A stretch of DNA of 63,841 bases, the filler included, from Rozella allomycis CSF55 (Eukaryota): NCBI GenBank assembly GCA_000442015.1. It is 13 parts of 13 records of this genome, joined end to end, with 100 filler letters (N's around TTAATTAATTAA, not from the genome) between each part and the next. Parts side by side here need not be neighbours in the genome. Positions count along the whole stretch, not along the records: positions 1 to 25,060 come from KE560431.1; positions 25,161 to 26,844 come from KE560449.1; positions 26,945 to 30,586 come from KE560450.1; positions 30,687 to 34,283 come from KE560451.1; positions 34,384 to 40,732 come from KE560452.1; 8 more parts are not named here. One strand, 5' to 3'. Both the position numbers and the translations under genes were made by a program. Within the stretch, counting starts at the first letter, position 1, and every line of letters starts with the position of its first letter. Shown here piece after piece: positions 23,343 to 38,220 of this stretch. A model generated the notes under the pieces. The model was not told where the DNA came from, did no database searches, and saw nothing but the letters and a program-made list of their open reading frames with translations.

Positions 23343-25060
23343 TTATTTTTTGGATTTTGAATAAGCACAGTAATTTGAGTTGGGAAGCGTAGCGCAATAA
23401 AGTGGAATGGGTACATACTTTGGTTTTGGCGTGTATTCATGATTTAATTCAACAGCTAAAATTCTCCCATTTGCTCCTGCAGGTAACTCTTCTGTGTTAT
23501 GTTCTCTAATCCTATCTTTGGGCCTTTGAATGGGCCTTCTCCAGACACTAGTGCTTTTCTCATGGTTGTTTATTGGAGGTAATGTTCGACCTAATGTGTG
23601 AAAAGCATCATTAACCCAGTTGGGACTTGATGAATCACTAGAGGGGCGTTTTGATGATACTAAATCAACTGGTGTGGATGTTATTGGGGTTGGATTCCGA
23701 CCTATGGCATCGTTTTGGACATCACGAATGTTCTCTTTNCATCAAACTCAAAGAGGAAATCAAAGAGGACAAAATGTAGAGGGGAATATGTTAACATTCG
23801 AGCATCTCGATAATCCAAGCCCAACTCTTAAACCAAGTGGAAATACAGTGAATGTTCGCCCGGGTGTAGAGCCTGTGACAATTGCTGATACTAATTCAAA
23901 ATTAAATATTCATGATGTCACCAACGATGCCATAGTTCGGAATCCTACTCCAATAACATCCTNAATCAAAATCCAAATGGGCAAAATGTAAAGGGGGATA
24001 TGTTAACATACGAGCATCTCGATAATCCAAGCCCAACTCTTAAACCAAATGGAAATACAGTGAATGTTCGCCCGAGGGTCGAATCAGAGCAAAATATTGG
24101 TACTAATTCAAAAGGGAACATTCGTGATGTCCAAAACGATGCCATAGGTCGGAATTCTTTTGAATTAGTAGCAATATTTCGCTCTGATTCGACCCTCGGA
24201 CGAACATTCACTGTATTTCCATTTGGTTTAAGAGTTGGACTTGGATTATCGAGATGCTCGTATGGTAACATATTCCCCTCTACATTTCGNTCCGGGTGTA
24301 GAGCCAGCGAGAATTGCTGATACTAATTCAAAAGGGAATATTAATCGTGATGTCGACAACGATGCCATAGTTCGGAATCCAACTCCACTAACATCCACAA
24401 CAGTTGATTTAGTATCATCCAATCACCCTTCTAGTGATTCATCAAGTCCCAACAGTATGAGTGGATCCATATTCAGTCCAGATCAAATTAACGATGTCAA
24501 GGTTGAAAAGGCATTTGAAGTTATTGGTATGAAGAAAACATTCAACATGGACGCGATAAAGAAACAATTTCGGAGAGCCATTCTAATGCAACATCCGGAT
24601 AAAAGTGGGAACACTGCAAAAGCTCAGGATATTATATCTGCATATCAAAATATTATAGACTACATATCTCGAAAAGACGCCCCAACTGCAACTAGTGATA
24701 CTACTGGTATTGGTCACCAGAATGCTAAGAATATTCAGAACAATCAAAGTCAAAGAGTACAAAATGTAGAGGGGAATATGCTACCGTATGAACATCTCGA
24801 TAATCCAATCCCAACCCTTAAACCAAATGGAAATGATCGTGCCAGTATCGAGCGTGAGAAGAATATTGATAATAATTCAAAAGGGAATATTCTTGATGTC
24901 ACCAACGATGCCATAGTTCGGAATCCTACTCCAATAACATCCTCACCAGTTGATTTAGTCTCGTCCAAAGGTCCTTCTATTAGTTCATCAAATCCCAACA
25001 GTATGAGTGGATCCATATTCAGTCCAAATCAAATTAACGATGTCAAGGTAGAAAAGGCAT
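23343..25060. CDS. Tandem-repeat protein with J-domain(s), fragmented and mis-oriented in the assembly
   Basis: A repeat unit (NVEGNML.YEHLDNP.PTLKPNGN...NDAIVRNPTPITS) occurs on both strands. J-domain EKAFEVIGM...FRRAILMQHPDKSGN at about 24500-24660 (+). The C-terminal part reads on - from 23738 to a stop at 23343. Confidence 0.6.
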
Positions 25061-25160
25061 NNNNNNNNNNNNNNNNNNNNNNNNNNNNNNNNNNNNNNNN
25101 NNNNTTAATTAATTAANNNNNNNNNNNNNNNNNNNNNNNNNNNNNNNNNNNNNNNNNNNN
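25061..25160. other. Artificial contig linker (N-run with TTAATTAATTAA)
   Basis: The same all-frame-stop spacer recurs near 26845, 30587, 34284, 40733, 42129, 44898, 46070, 48647, 56408, 58050 and 62198. Adjacency across these linkers is not biological. Confidence 0.97.
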
Positions 25161-26079
25161 CAAGCAGTGGCTCTGAATTCTTTGTTGAGAAACTATTTAC
25201 ATTTTAATTTGTATGATCAAGCGAGTAAGTTAGTTGAAAAGACGACATTTCCAACGAAAGCTGATAATAATCAATTTGTTCGCTATTTGTATTACGTTGG
25301 AAGGATCAAAGCGATTGAATTAGAATACACTCAATCTCATTCACATCTTTCACAAGCTATAAGAAAGGCACCTCAAAGTCCAACCACCGCTGGATTTCTT
25401 CAAGCCGCTAATAAATTATCTATTATTGTTCAGCTTTTGATGGGGGAGATTCCTGAAAGATCTCTTTTCCGTCAAAAGTTGGTTTCTAAATCTCTTATCC
25501 CATACCTCCACTTGACCAGGGCTGTCAGAGTTGGTGATTTGGCGGCATTTCAAGATGTCCTCCAAAAATACATGAACACATTTAAAAATGACAAAACTTA
25601 CACTCTCATTTTGCGTTTGCGTCATAATGTGATAAAAACTGCCGTTAGAATGATTTCACTTTCTTACTCTCGTATTTCCCTTAAAGACGTTGCCCAAAAG
25701 CTTTTGCTTAACAGTGAAGAAGACGCTGAATTTATAGTTGCAAAGGTAATTGTATTTATTGAAATTTAATAGACTATTCGTGATGGGGTGATTGATGCAT
25801 CTATTGATCACATTGGTAGATTCATGAAGAGTAAGGAGAACGTCGATGTTTATTCAACCAATGAGCCACAATTGGCATTCCATCAAAGAATTGCCTTTTG
25901 TCTATCATCTTACAACGATTCAGTCAAGGTATTTGTGTTTTTAGTCTCTTAAAAAGGCTATGAGATTCCCTGATAATGAGCATAAAAAGAAGCTTGAAGA
26001 TGTCCTTGAATTGGAACGTGAACAAGAAAAGGAATTAAAGGACATTGAGGATATGGATGAAGATTACGAAATGGAATAA
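25161..26079 (+). CDS. RPN3: 26S proteasome lid subunit Rpn3 (5' partial)
   Basis: Motifs [35 protein letters not shown] and [14 protein letters not shown]. Two micro-introns. Confidence 0.95.
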
Positions 26080-26125
26080 CTTCAATTCAAATAATAAAAA
26101 ATGTTTAGTTAGTAAAATTATGAAC

Positions 26126-26763
26126 TTAGCTAAAAATTGTCATAAGCAAAAATAGTGTCACTGAAACCAACACAAATTTAGATAACTCATTCCTTCTTTG
26201 TTCATCTTCATCCTCTGTATGATGTTGGGGCTGGTTGGTTGCTGTAAAGGCATTCATGTTGAACATCCCAAATGGAAACACCCCAAAACTAAATGAATAT
26301 TCAAATGGCATCCTTCTTCGGTTAAACTGCTCATTAATCTGTGGTTCTGGCCTTTGGCCTTGTGGCATGGGCTCTTCAAAATCTTCATCCCTTTATTTAA
26401 GACCCAAAATAACTACCTTGGATCTTTTTTCTCATTTCCTCTACAATACACAGGTATTAATTTATCTTTTCCTATACCTGCTTTGCAAACAGGGCAAAGT
26501 GGCGTCTGATTCCTATTTATCCATCTGGAAATACAAGGCCAGCAATACAAATGTCCACAAAGAGATACTACCGGCTTGCTTGCTGTGTCAAAGCATATAT
26601 TACATTCAAATACAATTGAATCTCTATCCTTTTCACTAGTATTTTCTTCTGGCTGTCTTCTTTCGGGTGATGAAACCCGCTCTGTTGTAGTTACATTTCG
26701 ATTTCGTAATTCATCACTAGTGTATGAATATGTATGTCTTTGTTCTGCTGGTTCGTCTGGCAT
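26126..26763 (-). CDS. RNF5/RNF185/RMA1-like membrane RING E3 ligase
   Basis: [27 protein letters not shown]...[24 protein letters not shown] and a C-terminal TM. One 26-nt intron. Confidence 0.9.
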
Positions 26764-26944
26764 GTCTGCCCCTAAGCCACAAGATTCAATGAATAAAAAT
26801 AACATTCTACAGTATCAAAAGTAAAAAGACTCTAAAATTACTTTNNNNNNNNNNNNNNNNNNNNNNNNNNNNNNNNNNNNNNNNNNNNTTAATTAATTAA
26901 NNNNNNNNNNNNNNNNNNNNNNNNNNNNNNNNNNNNNNNNNNNN

Positions 26945-27346
26945 AAGATTGATAATTTTGATGTATTGTGTTATTGGCTTAAAGGGATTAATGCTGCACC
27001 GTATTTTGCAATGCAGGATAGAGTGAGTGTAATATTAAAGGAGAAACTTTTGATTGTTGCAAATAAAGTAGGAAGAAAAGGTGAATTAGAAGCGTTGGGG
27101 ATCCATGAACATGAACATGAACATGAACATGAAGAGAAAAAGAAGGAGTATAGAAAGAATGTAATGAGTAATGTGAAGGATTTGAAGGAGAATATATCTA
27201 CTGTGTTGACGATAGTTGTGGGCGCTGGAGTATTTATAGTGGTGATGGTGGTAGTTTATGTAATTTGGAGAAATGATAAAAAGATGAATACAAAGAGACC
27301 TCCAGTGATACCATTTGCGATGGAAATGCAAGGCATGAAACTATAA
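26945..27346 (+). CDS. Single-pass membrane protein, C-terminal fragment
   Basis: Open frame with a (HE)n repeat and TM segment TVLTIVVGAGVFIVVMVVVYVIW. Confidence 0.55.
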   Translation, partial: KIDNFDVLCYWLKGINAAPYFAMQDRVSVILKEKLLIVANKVGRKGELEALGIHEHEHEHEHEEKKKEYRKNVMSNVKDLKENISTVLTIVVGAGVFIVVMVVVYVIWRNDKKMNTKRPPVIPFAMEMQGMKL

Positions 27347-27462
27347 TTTGGCATTTAAATTAATAATAAATTCTTTGAAGTCATTTTAAGTCATTTAACA
27401 ATTAACATTACACTATGAAAGTCATTTGACATTACAAAAAGTCATTTTAAAGCTATTCAAGT

Positions 27463-30354
27463 TTATTCAACGTATTCAAATGGTTCAGGTGGACTTGGTT
27501 CATTATCGTTATCATTGTTTGCCAAAGGAATATTAATTTTAATTTGATCAAAGGGTTGATTTGGTGTTTTATCTTTCAAAAGAACGATTCCAGACTTTTT
27601 AGATTTGGAGATTGGATGAAATCTAGAATTATCAAAAGAAATGAACTGAGTTTGAATTGGGAGAATTCTAGTAAAATTCATAGCATTGAGATTAAGAGGT
27701 GAAGTAGTGAGATTCTCATTAGAAATATGCTCATTAGAAACATTCTCATTTGAGACATGCTCATTGTCAACCTTCATTTCAACATCACCTTCTTTAACTA
27801 CTTCTTTCACTCCCTCTTTAACTCCTTCTACGTCCATCTTCATTGATTCATCGCCTTTAATCTTCTTTTCCTTTTTGTGAGCTCTCGCTTTAGCTTTGGC
27901 AGTAGTGGACAGAATAGCAGTAACAATTTTATCAGGAAGATCTTTATTTTCATTTTTAATATTTTCAGGATACTCGAATAGTTTTTTAGAATTAAAGTTG
28001 AAATTTGGTAATACTAAATCCTTGTTTAAACCAATGAAACAAGTTGGATTGAAAGATAAAGAAAGACAAAGATTCAATGGAAACCAAAACCATGAATGAA
28101 TAAATAATGATAATCCAACAAATGAAAATGATGAATTTAAAAATATATTAGAATTTCTACCTCCAATATTCAAAATACTTGAAGCTAAACTCGCTCCAAA
28201 TTTACTCAATGGTGATTCATATTTATTCTTTATTACTTTTTGAAACAAATTCAAATAATTTTTAGACTTTGCATTGTTTTGAACACAAATCATCGCAATT
28301 GCTATAAATGCCCCCTGTTTAACATAATCTACATTGTCTCTAGTCAATGGATCCAAAATATTCAATGCTTCTTCAAAGTTACTTCCAGCACATGAAATAC
28401 CCAACGCCAACGTTGATCCAAATCTCACAAATGGATTAAAACTCTCACTCAACAATTTAATAATCTTTGGCACTTGTTCATAATTCTTATACAACAGAAA
28501 CCCAATAAAGATTATCGCTACTCTTCTCACATCATCACTCGTATCACTCACAGCTACATGCAACAAATGTTTAATCCATTTCATATTCCCACTCCCAACA
28601 AACGACATTCCAATCACATACACACTCGCATATCTCATTATTGGATCTTTAGACTCTTTCAATCTATCAATTATCTTCTCTGCCTTTTCTTCTTGCTTAT
28701 ACATTATCAATCCTATTCCAACTGCTATCCCCCTCATAATCTTCTCATGCTGCGTCTCACTCCCATACTCTATCATCTCCTCAATCACTTGCTCATTCCC
28801 TGTACCCATCATTATCAACCCTATCGATATCCCAGCTGCCTCTCCTGACACCGCATCATCCGAATACATTATCCCCTTCAACTCTTCATACACACTCATA
28901 TCTCCACTACCCATCATATTCAATCCTATCCCCAAACTAGCCCCATGCTTTATTGTCTCATCATGGTTATTCTTCAACGCATTCATCAAATACTCTGATA
29001 TCTTTCTACTCTCTTCACTATAATTCCCACACGACATCAACCCCAACGCATACAATGATCCTCCCTCTGAATACGCACTGCCAGCTACACCATTCTGTGG
29101 CAAATATGGCTTCAATATATTAAACGCTTCCTTCACTTGTCCCTTATGGATAACACCAAGTGACGCTGTAACACTAAATTTACTCCACAACGACGCCTTT
29201 TGCATCCATTCCACATTGTTCCTCAAAAATGTATCATCTGTCGTTCCTGCATTCATAAACGCATGTGAAAACATCAATCCATTCATACTAATCGAACTCT
29301 TCGCTTCCAAATACTTTTGCATCTCTTTCAAAATATTCAAATCAGTTTTATTGTTTCTGTACAAAAACTCCAAATACAATTGTCCAGTCAAATCTCCATT
29401 CAATATCGTTATCATCTTTGTTTCTTCTCCCTTAATCTCTCTTATTTTGTTTATTGTTTCATTCAAAAACACTCTACTGGCATTCTCATACAAATTAAAT
29501 CCAATTTGATATCCAATCAGTCTCTTGTCTTCATCCCCCTCACTCAACTCTATCAACACTCTAGCACACTTTTCTGGTTGTCCCAAACTTATCAAACATT
29601 CACCAACCCTCTCATAATTAGCTTCCTTTCTCTTCAAATACATTTCCACACACATTTCCAACATCTATCACTCCATCTCCTGCCTCTTACCTTATTTCTA
29701 ACCTCCAACCCTTCCACATAATTCATCGCAATCTCTCTCACATACTCAATCATCCCCTCAACATCCCCACTACCCTCAATCGCCCTCTCCACTACATCAA
29801 ACCTCAAACTCTCAACAGCTATCCCAACAGCATGCGTCCACATCCCATCCCTCATACACTTGTCAAACATCCTCTCAACAATCTTCACCAGCCGCACATC
29901 AATATCAACACGCCCCTCCCTGCGCTCCCTCACATACCGATCAATCCCCTTCACTACCCTCATCACACAACAACATCCTTACATATCATCGTCTCACTAT
30001 ACTCACTCCCCTCCCCCATCTCAAAATTGGCTCCAGCACTCATCGCAAACATCAGCGCCTCATCATACGCTCCCAAATGGAAATACACCTTGGACACAAC
30101 CAACGCTGCAAGCTCGCGCTCGCTAAACTTTTCATCCTCATACATCATCTCTCTACATCAAATTACAAACGAATCCTCACATTTCACTCAAATAGTCAGA
30201 CACCTCCGCCCAGAAGTAGTCTACGTACGTGTTCAGAGCTTTTAGAGCATACACACGCAAGGTTAAGTCGCTCTCAGATAACAGAGATAGAAATGGACCT
30301 GCGTTAGACAAGATTAGCGCGGTTACTGGCACTGGTAAGTGTTAACGAGACCAT
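27463..30354 (-). CDS. RPN2: 26S proteasome base subunit Rpn2 (4 micro-introns)
   Basis: Motifs FWAEVSD, AALVVSKVYFHLG, NAGTTDDTFLRNN, LLHVAVSDTSDDVRR and C-terminal PPEPFEY. Confidence 0.95.
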
Positions 30355-30686
30355 CAATTTGACAGGGGTTTGAAACAACAATAAGGGTTTTAGCAGAATA
30401 CTTTTAAGAAAATGTAACAATGTTGTTTTAATTTATTTGGAATTTATAATGCGTATTTCTTCTCGTTGGCCCAGGGCTGGGGAAACAATTAATGTTGTAA
30501 ATATTGTAGTACTAGTCTCACAATTAATGATTGTTGAGGTGTCACGAACAATATATTGTACATTAATTGCAACATATTCACACAATNNNNNNNNNNNNNN
30601 NNNNNNNNNNNNNNNNNNNNNNNNNNNNNNTTAATTAATTAANNNNNNNNNNNNNNNNNNNNNNNNNNNNNNNNNNNNNNNNNNNN

Positions 30687-33154
<2,468 letters not shown>

Positions 33155-33238
33155 ATAACAAAACGTTTGCATTTAATAAAGATACTTTCTATTATTTAAT
33201 ATAGATTTATTATTTCATACTTCTCCAGCGAGCCTTGT

Positions 33239-33770
33239 TTAACATTGATGAAATCCAACCTGTGCCAAGCAATTAAACGAGAAGAATGACAACTGGGAAA
33301 ATCGCTCTTGCATTTTTCTTGCAAAAAGTAGGCCGTTTTCTCTTTGAGCAGCTATAGTGTCCCCTTGAGCAGCATACAAATAATTGCAAGCCGGATCAAC
33401 TAATATTCCACGATAACTTTCTGGAATTTGTGCAACAAATTCAGCAAATCCGTCTAAGATTTCTAGAAAAAAAATAGAACTTACTAGGTATCGCGTTATC
33501 CGGAAACACAAATCCGATATAGACCGGATCGATTATTGATGCAAATCTTTCATCAGATTCGACTCGTTCCAAAACCCTGTGATAGAACCCGGAAGCCTCA
33601 GACGCACATTCTCCAACGAAAGTCACACATATAATTCCTCGAAGTGCGATAGCGACCTGATCCGCAAGTTCTTGATCCCATGGCCATGAATATATTGCTT
33701 CTTTTGGCATTTCTTCAAGGTATTCCTTGGCATCGAGTGAGCGAAATTTTTTCGGTTTGAATACAACCAT
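33239..33770 (-). CDS. Hypothetical protein with a 22-nt intron (33463-33484)
   Basis: GTAAGTTCTATTTTTTTTCTAG joins the two overlapping ORFs in frame (..NAIPKILDGFAEF..). Confidence 0.55.
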
Positions 33771-34384
33771 TTAACTAGGGTAGTGAAAAAATTCAGGCCT
33801 AGGGCTCCTTAATGTTGGAATGGATATTCGGCTGTAATAAAACGAATATACAAAGGATCATTTAACAATCTGGCACCAATCATATGAAAACATAATATAG
33901 TAGCTTAAAAGCTTTCACTAGCACGCAAATAACCTATAGGCTATAGGCCATTGGCCATTCGCGTTAATTGTCAATCGACCTTAATTCAACCACTCTTGCA
34001 AAGATGTACACATAAACAGACACTATAAGGCAACTACTTTGATCACTGCATGCACCTGAAATATCATTCTTTGTTACAATTCCGAACTGGCTGATACTGC
34101 AGCACGGCTAAAGGCTCTAATAGCCAATTGGCGTTAATTTTTAATCAAACTTAATTGCATGTCACCTAAATTTAAGGGTGCTCGTCAGTTCTATTAACAT
34201 AACCCATTACTGCCGTACAAAAACATTCGCAATATGAATTGGCCAGATTGCAACATGATAGGTGTGTTTGACGTATAAAACAANNNNNNNNNNNNNNNNN
34301 NNNNNNNNNNNNNNNNNNNNNNNNNNNTTAATTAATTAANNNNNNNNNNNNNNNNNNNNNNNNNNNNNNNNNNNNNNNNNNNNA

Positions 34385-35338
34385 ACTCTGGAAAAATATC
34401 AAGAAAGAGATCAACTGATTCAAGAATTTGCAAAGAAGAGACACCAAATTCGGTATTTCTTCGAAGATATAGAGGGAGTTGATTATAGTGATGATCCCCT
34501 TGGACGTTCCTATATTTGGGACAAAATGTTTATTTCTGAGAAACCAGAATTTTTTGACGACGTTTTTGAATTAACGCGTAAAATTTACCGTAGCCAGAGC
34601 CCCACTAACTCGTCGTATAGAATTCCCAGTGGAAGAACAAAAGCAGAAACATTGCTTCTTGAAGAGGAGTTTTTTAAAAAATACGAAGATTTGGGGAATA
34701 TGATATTTCAAGTGGAAGAATTGAGGAAAGAAAAGGAGATATTGAAAAAAGAAGTTCATGAGAGCATGATCCAACTAAGGCGTATGCGTCGGATATTTAA
34801 AGAAGCAGATTCTCTTCTTAGCGATGTACTAAAAGGAATGGCGAGTTTAGAAGAAGAGGACTACTTTCTTGACGTTAGTCAATTCTCTGACGTTGAAAAA
34901 AGGGAGGCTCGCGAAGAATTGGAATGGGCTATGGTTTTCGTTCACACTTCTTGTATCTTCGGATTTCAAGAAAAGCACAGCTCGTTTGGAGAATTTCCTT
35001 TTCATTATGATGACGAATGGCCCAATTCGGATTCTTGGTCCATTGCTGATACTATTGAACAAATCGAGAAGATTAAATCGATGGTTGACACAATTTGGAG
35101 AGACGTATTGAGAAGGGCAGATTTAATACGTGAAATAATGAACGTCAAAATGAGAGATATTCCAAGGTGCCTTGTAATTAGTTCAGCAAAAGAATTTGAT
35201 GAGAGGAACAAATCGGAGACAAAAGAAAATCGTTTATCGCATGTTGAATATTATTCAAACTTAAGGCCATACAAATTTGATGAAGAAATTGTGAAACGCT
35301 GGCAGAAATTTTCAGACAAATATCTTCCCAAAGAGTAA
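34385..35338 (+). CDS. Hypothetical helical/coiled-coil protein (5' partial, intronless)
   Basis: Open frame of more than 300 codons from the contig edge to TAA at 35338. Confidence 0.6.
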   Translation, partial: TLEKYQERDQLIQEFAKKRHQIRYFFEDIEGVDYSDDPLGRSYIWDKMFISEKPEFFDDVFELTRKIYRSQSPTNSSYRIPSGRTKAETLLLEEEFFKKYEDLGNMIFQVEELRKEKEILKKEVHESMIQLRRMRRIFKEADSLLSDVLKGMASLEEEDYFLDVSQFSDVEKREAREELEWAMVFVHTSCIFGFQEKHSSFGEFPFHYDDEWPNSDSWSIADTIEQIEKIKSMVDTIWRDVLRRADLIREIMNVKMRDIPRCLVISSAKEFDERNKSETKENRLSHVEYYSNLRPYKFDEEIVKRWQKFSDKYLPKE

Positions 35339-35381
35339 GTTTGTTTATTAAAGCAATAATAAATATATTTCCAGTCGATTA

Positions 35382-37742
35382 TTAACATCTTTCGAATACT
35401 TTATAAAGGTCATGTAAATCAGTAACAATTGTGTGGGCATCTTGCACCTGTGGTTTATAGAATTTCTCTTTTAGGGATGGAAGAAAAGCATGTTCGATCT
35501 GCCACTTTAAATTACCATGATCTTCTCCTGCGGCGTCAATTTTAATTTCAGGGGAATATAAGTCTTTTAACAACATGGATATCTTTTTGAAACAATACTT
35601 TTCATTATTCCAATCAACGCTATAGCATAAGTCAATCATAAATTTAGGAATCTTTGACAATGGTGGAATATAATTTGCGACGACTAAAGGAATTGTGTAA
35701 AGTTTGGAATCATTGACATTTAACTGGAAATATTCATCTAACAATCTTGCCTTTGAAGACAATAAACTAATCACCTACTAACACTTGCTTGAAGTTTCTT
35801 ACTTGGCCAATGATATCAATTGCGGGAATATCTAAATTGTATGTACTAATGACAAAGACTTCAAATTCTTCAACTTTAAAAGCTAAATTTAAAATTTCCT
35901 CTACCTTTATTGGTGATTGAAGTTGTATGACTCCAAAATTGGCAAAGTTAAAGAGGATTGATTGATAAAGAAAATCAGGAATTACTTGTGTCATGTCTAA
36001 TATGACTAGTTTAGTTTGACATTGTAATAGAATATTATAATTATTAATGAAACCAACAAATGTATGATTTTTCAAAATGGCTGCTAAATGTGGATCTGTT
36101 TTGTATTAAATATGATTTTACTGTAGTTTTTGGTCGCTTCAGCCATTAATTCTTTTATACTTGTAAATTGTACTTTAATATAGGGTCTATCCTCATTGTT
36201 AAGTATGTTTGATTCATCAAGTCTTTGTCCATTTGATTCTTTCACGCTTTGGCTCAAATCTATAAGACTACCTTCAGTGTTTTTAATTCCTTCTCTTTCA
36301 TTCAAGATCTCCGAATTATCAACCAGAAGTTTATCAGGTATCACTTCTTGGCTCATTTCATTATTCGCGTTGGAATTCGTATTGACAACATTCAAATTTT
36401 TAATATTAGTCGATTCTTTCTTTTCCTTGTCAACTTTAAAGAAGGATAAAAGACTTTTAGCTTTTGGATCAGTTCTAACAGTTTGAAATGGATAAGAACT
36501 CTGGGACGAAGGCTGAGACGATGTTGTCGGGGATTTAAAATTATTGGGCTTCTTTACAATCTAGTCACACCTTAATATATTAGAATACTTGAACAGAAAA
36601 AACTGAAGAAGTTTCGTTCATAGAAAGGGTGCTTTGAATCTTTTCAACAATGAAATCTACAATCTCCTCTTGTCGCTCTAGCAAAACCATTATTAATATT
36701 AAAGCACTTTTACTTGCTCTTTTGAGGGGTGCATATTCACATCAATTTTGTTAGGGGGTAGTTTAATGTCCACAAATACCCATGGATGTGTTCCTTTTAA
36801 GAGAAGCGTTGAATAAAGATTCTGAATCTTTTTTGCAAGTTTCTTATTTTCTACTAGACGCCCTCTTAATAAAAAGATTAATTATTACCGTTGATAAAAA
36901 GAATCATTGTGAACTTCTTTGCTTGATAACTCACCATTGATGCTATCACACTCCCACATATATCAAATTCTTCATTAGTTACATCAATGACTTTCAAAAA
37001 CGATGAAAGGCTTGAAGAGTACACATTCTCTATAGATTTTACTACAGAGCTTGCATTGAATGAAATAAAATCATTGGTTGTGGAATTATGCTTTTTGCAT
37101 GAAAAAGAAACATTAAAGTGAAGAATAGACATTTTCTGTATAAAAGATATTATATTTTGATATTCATCACTAAAAGCTTTTGGAGTTGTCTTCTTTCTAA
37201 GCGGAATACAATAAAATAGATTTTCAACCTTTATCAATATATAACTCTCTTTACCATGATCAAAGTACCGTTATTAGACGCACAATATTTCTTTTCAACT
37301 AATTTACAGTTTTTGTACGTTGCTCTAGCACCAAATTCTTGACTCTGCGGTTTGGATGTAACCGAAACAAAGGATACAGAAGACACACTCGCCAAAGCTT
37401 CACCTCTAAATCCAAAAGAATTAATTCTATTTAGGTCGTGAATGTTTGAAATTTTTGACGTACAATGCCTTTCGCATAATAGATCTAAATCATTAAACTC
37501 TTGAGGTATAATATATTAAAGTACGTTAATTCCAGAGCCATCGTCTTGTATTTGAATCAACGAGTAACCGCCATCTTTAATTTGGATGTTGATACTGGTG
37601 GCATTTGCATCTAGACTATTTTCGACCAGTTCTTTCACAATATTTAAAGGCGAATGAATAACCTTTATTATACTTTCATATAACATACTTCACCTGCGGC
37701 AATCCGTTGGATAACTTTGCCATCCAACTTTTTGATGGACAT
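35382..37742 (-). CDS. MLH1: Mismatch repair protein Mlh1 (about 8 micro-introns)
   Basis: Motifs [39 protein letters not shown] and [11 protein letters not shown]. The C-terminus LYKVFERC is diagnostic. Confidence 0.96.
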
Positions 37743-37943
37743 GCAAAATATTTTCTTAAATTTTAACTTTAGATAAGTCCTAAAAAAGTACTAACAAAAA
37801 AGTGATAGAAACATTATTATCAATCAATAATTAAATAAAATATAGTCTGTTGGTATCGAAAATGCGTAACCACTGATTTTTTAAATAGCAATGTAAGTTA
37901 GAACTTAAAATACAATAATCTTTCAATTTCAGCGTGTCAAAAT

Positions 37944-38132
37944 TTATTCAGCGTCAAAAAAGTTTCCAAGATGTGAGGAAGATATGGTTCCGATCCTCTC
38001 TGATTTACTCAAGTGTTTCTTATTCTGTTTTATTGTCTTGAAAGGATCCTCATTTTTAACTGCATTTCTTTTCTCTAGAAGTTGTAGGTCCTGACTGGTT
38101 AGCTCAATTTGTGTCCATCCTCGACGAAGCAT
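37944..38132 (-). CDS. CDC26: APC/C subunit Cdc26-like small protein
   Basis: N-terminus MLRRGWTQIELTSQDLQLLE resembles the Cdc26 motif MLRRxPTxIxLxxxDI. Confidence 0.6.
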   Translation of the reverse strand: MLRRGWTQIELTSQDLQLLEKRNAVKNEDPFKTIKQNKKHLSKSERIGTISSSHLGNFFDAE

Positions 38133-38220
38133 TTTGAAATTTCGAAGTTCCTGAAAGTTGACTGGTGAGAAGATCTTATTAAATGAAAGCTGCAAAAAAT
38201 AACTTTTCAATTATCTATAA

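Noticed and set aside
23984-24288. Large imperfect hairpin in the J-domain repeat region
   Set aside because: It is bounded by single Ns and made of diverged repeat units in opposite orientation. Most likely mis-assembly of a tandem array, though long reads are needed to exclude a real inversion.
28474-30245. His/Pro/Ile-rich antisense ORFs over RPN2 (also over APC4 and 53435-54007)
   Set aside because: Shadow ORFs caused by strand skew; no independent coding signal.
33845-33870. GGATCATTT resembling U3 snoRNA box A
   Set aside because: No supporting boxes B/C/D or flanking similarity.
35832-35859. GT..AG 28-nt segment in the MLH1 3' region
   Set aside because: Splicing it would break the frame while the unspliced sequence is open, so it was not counted as an intron.
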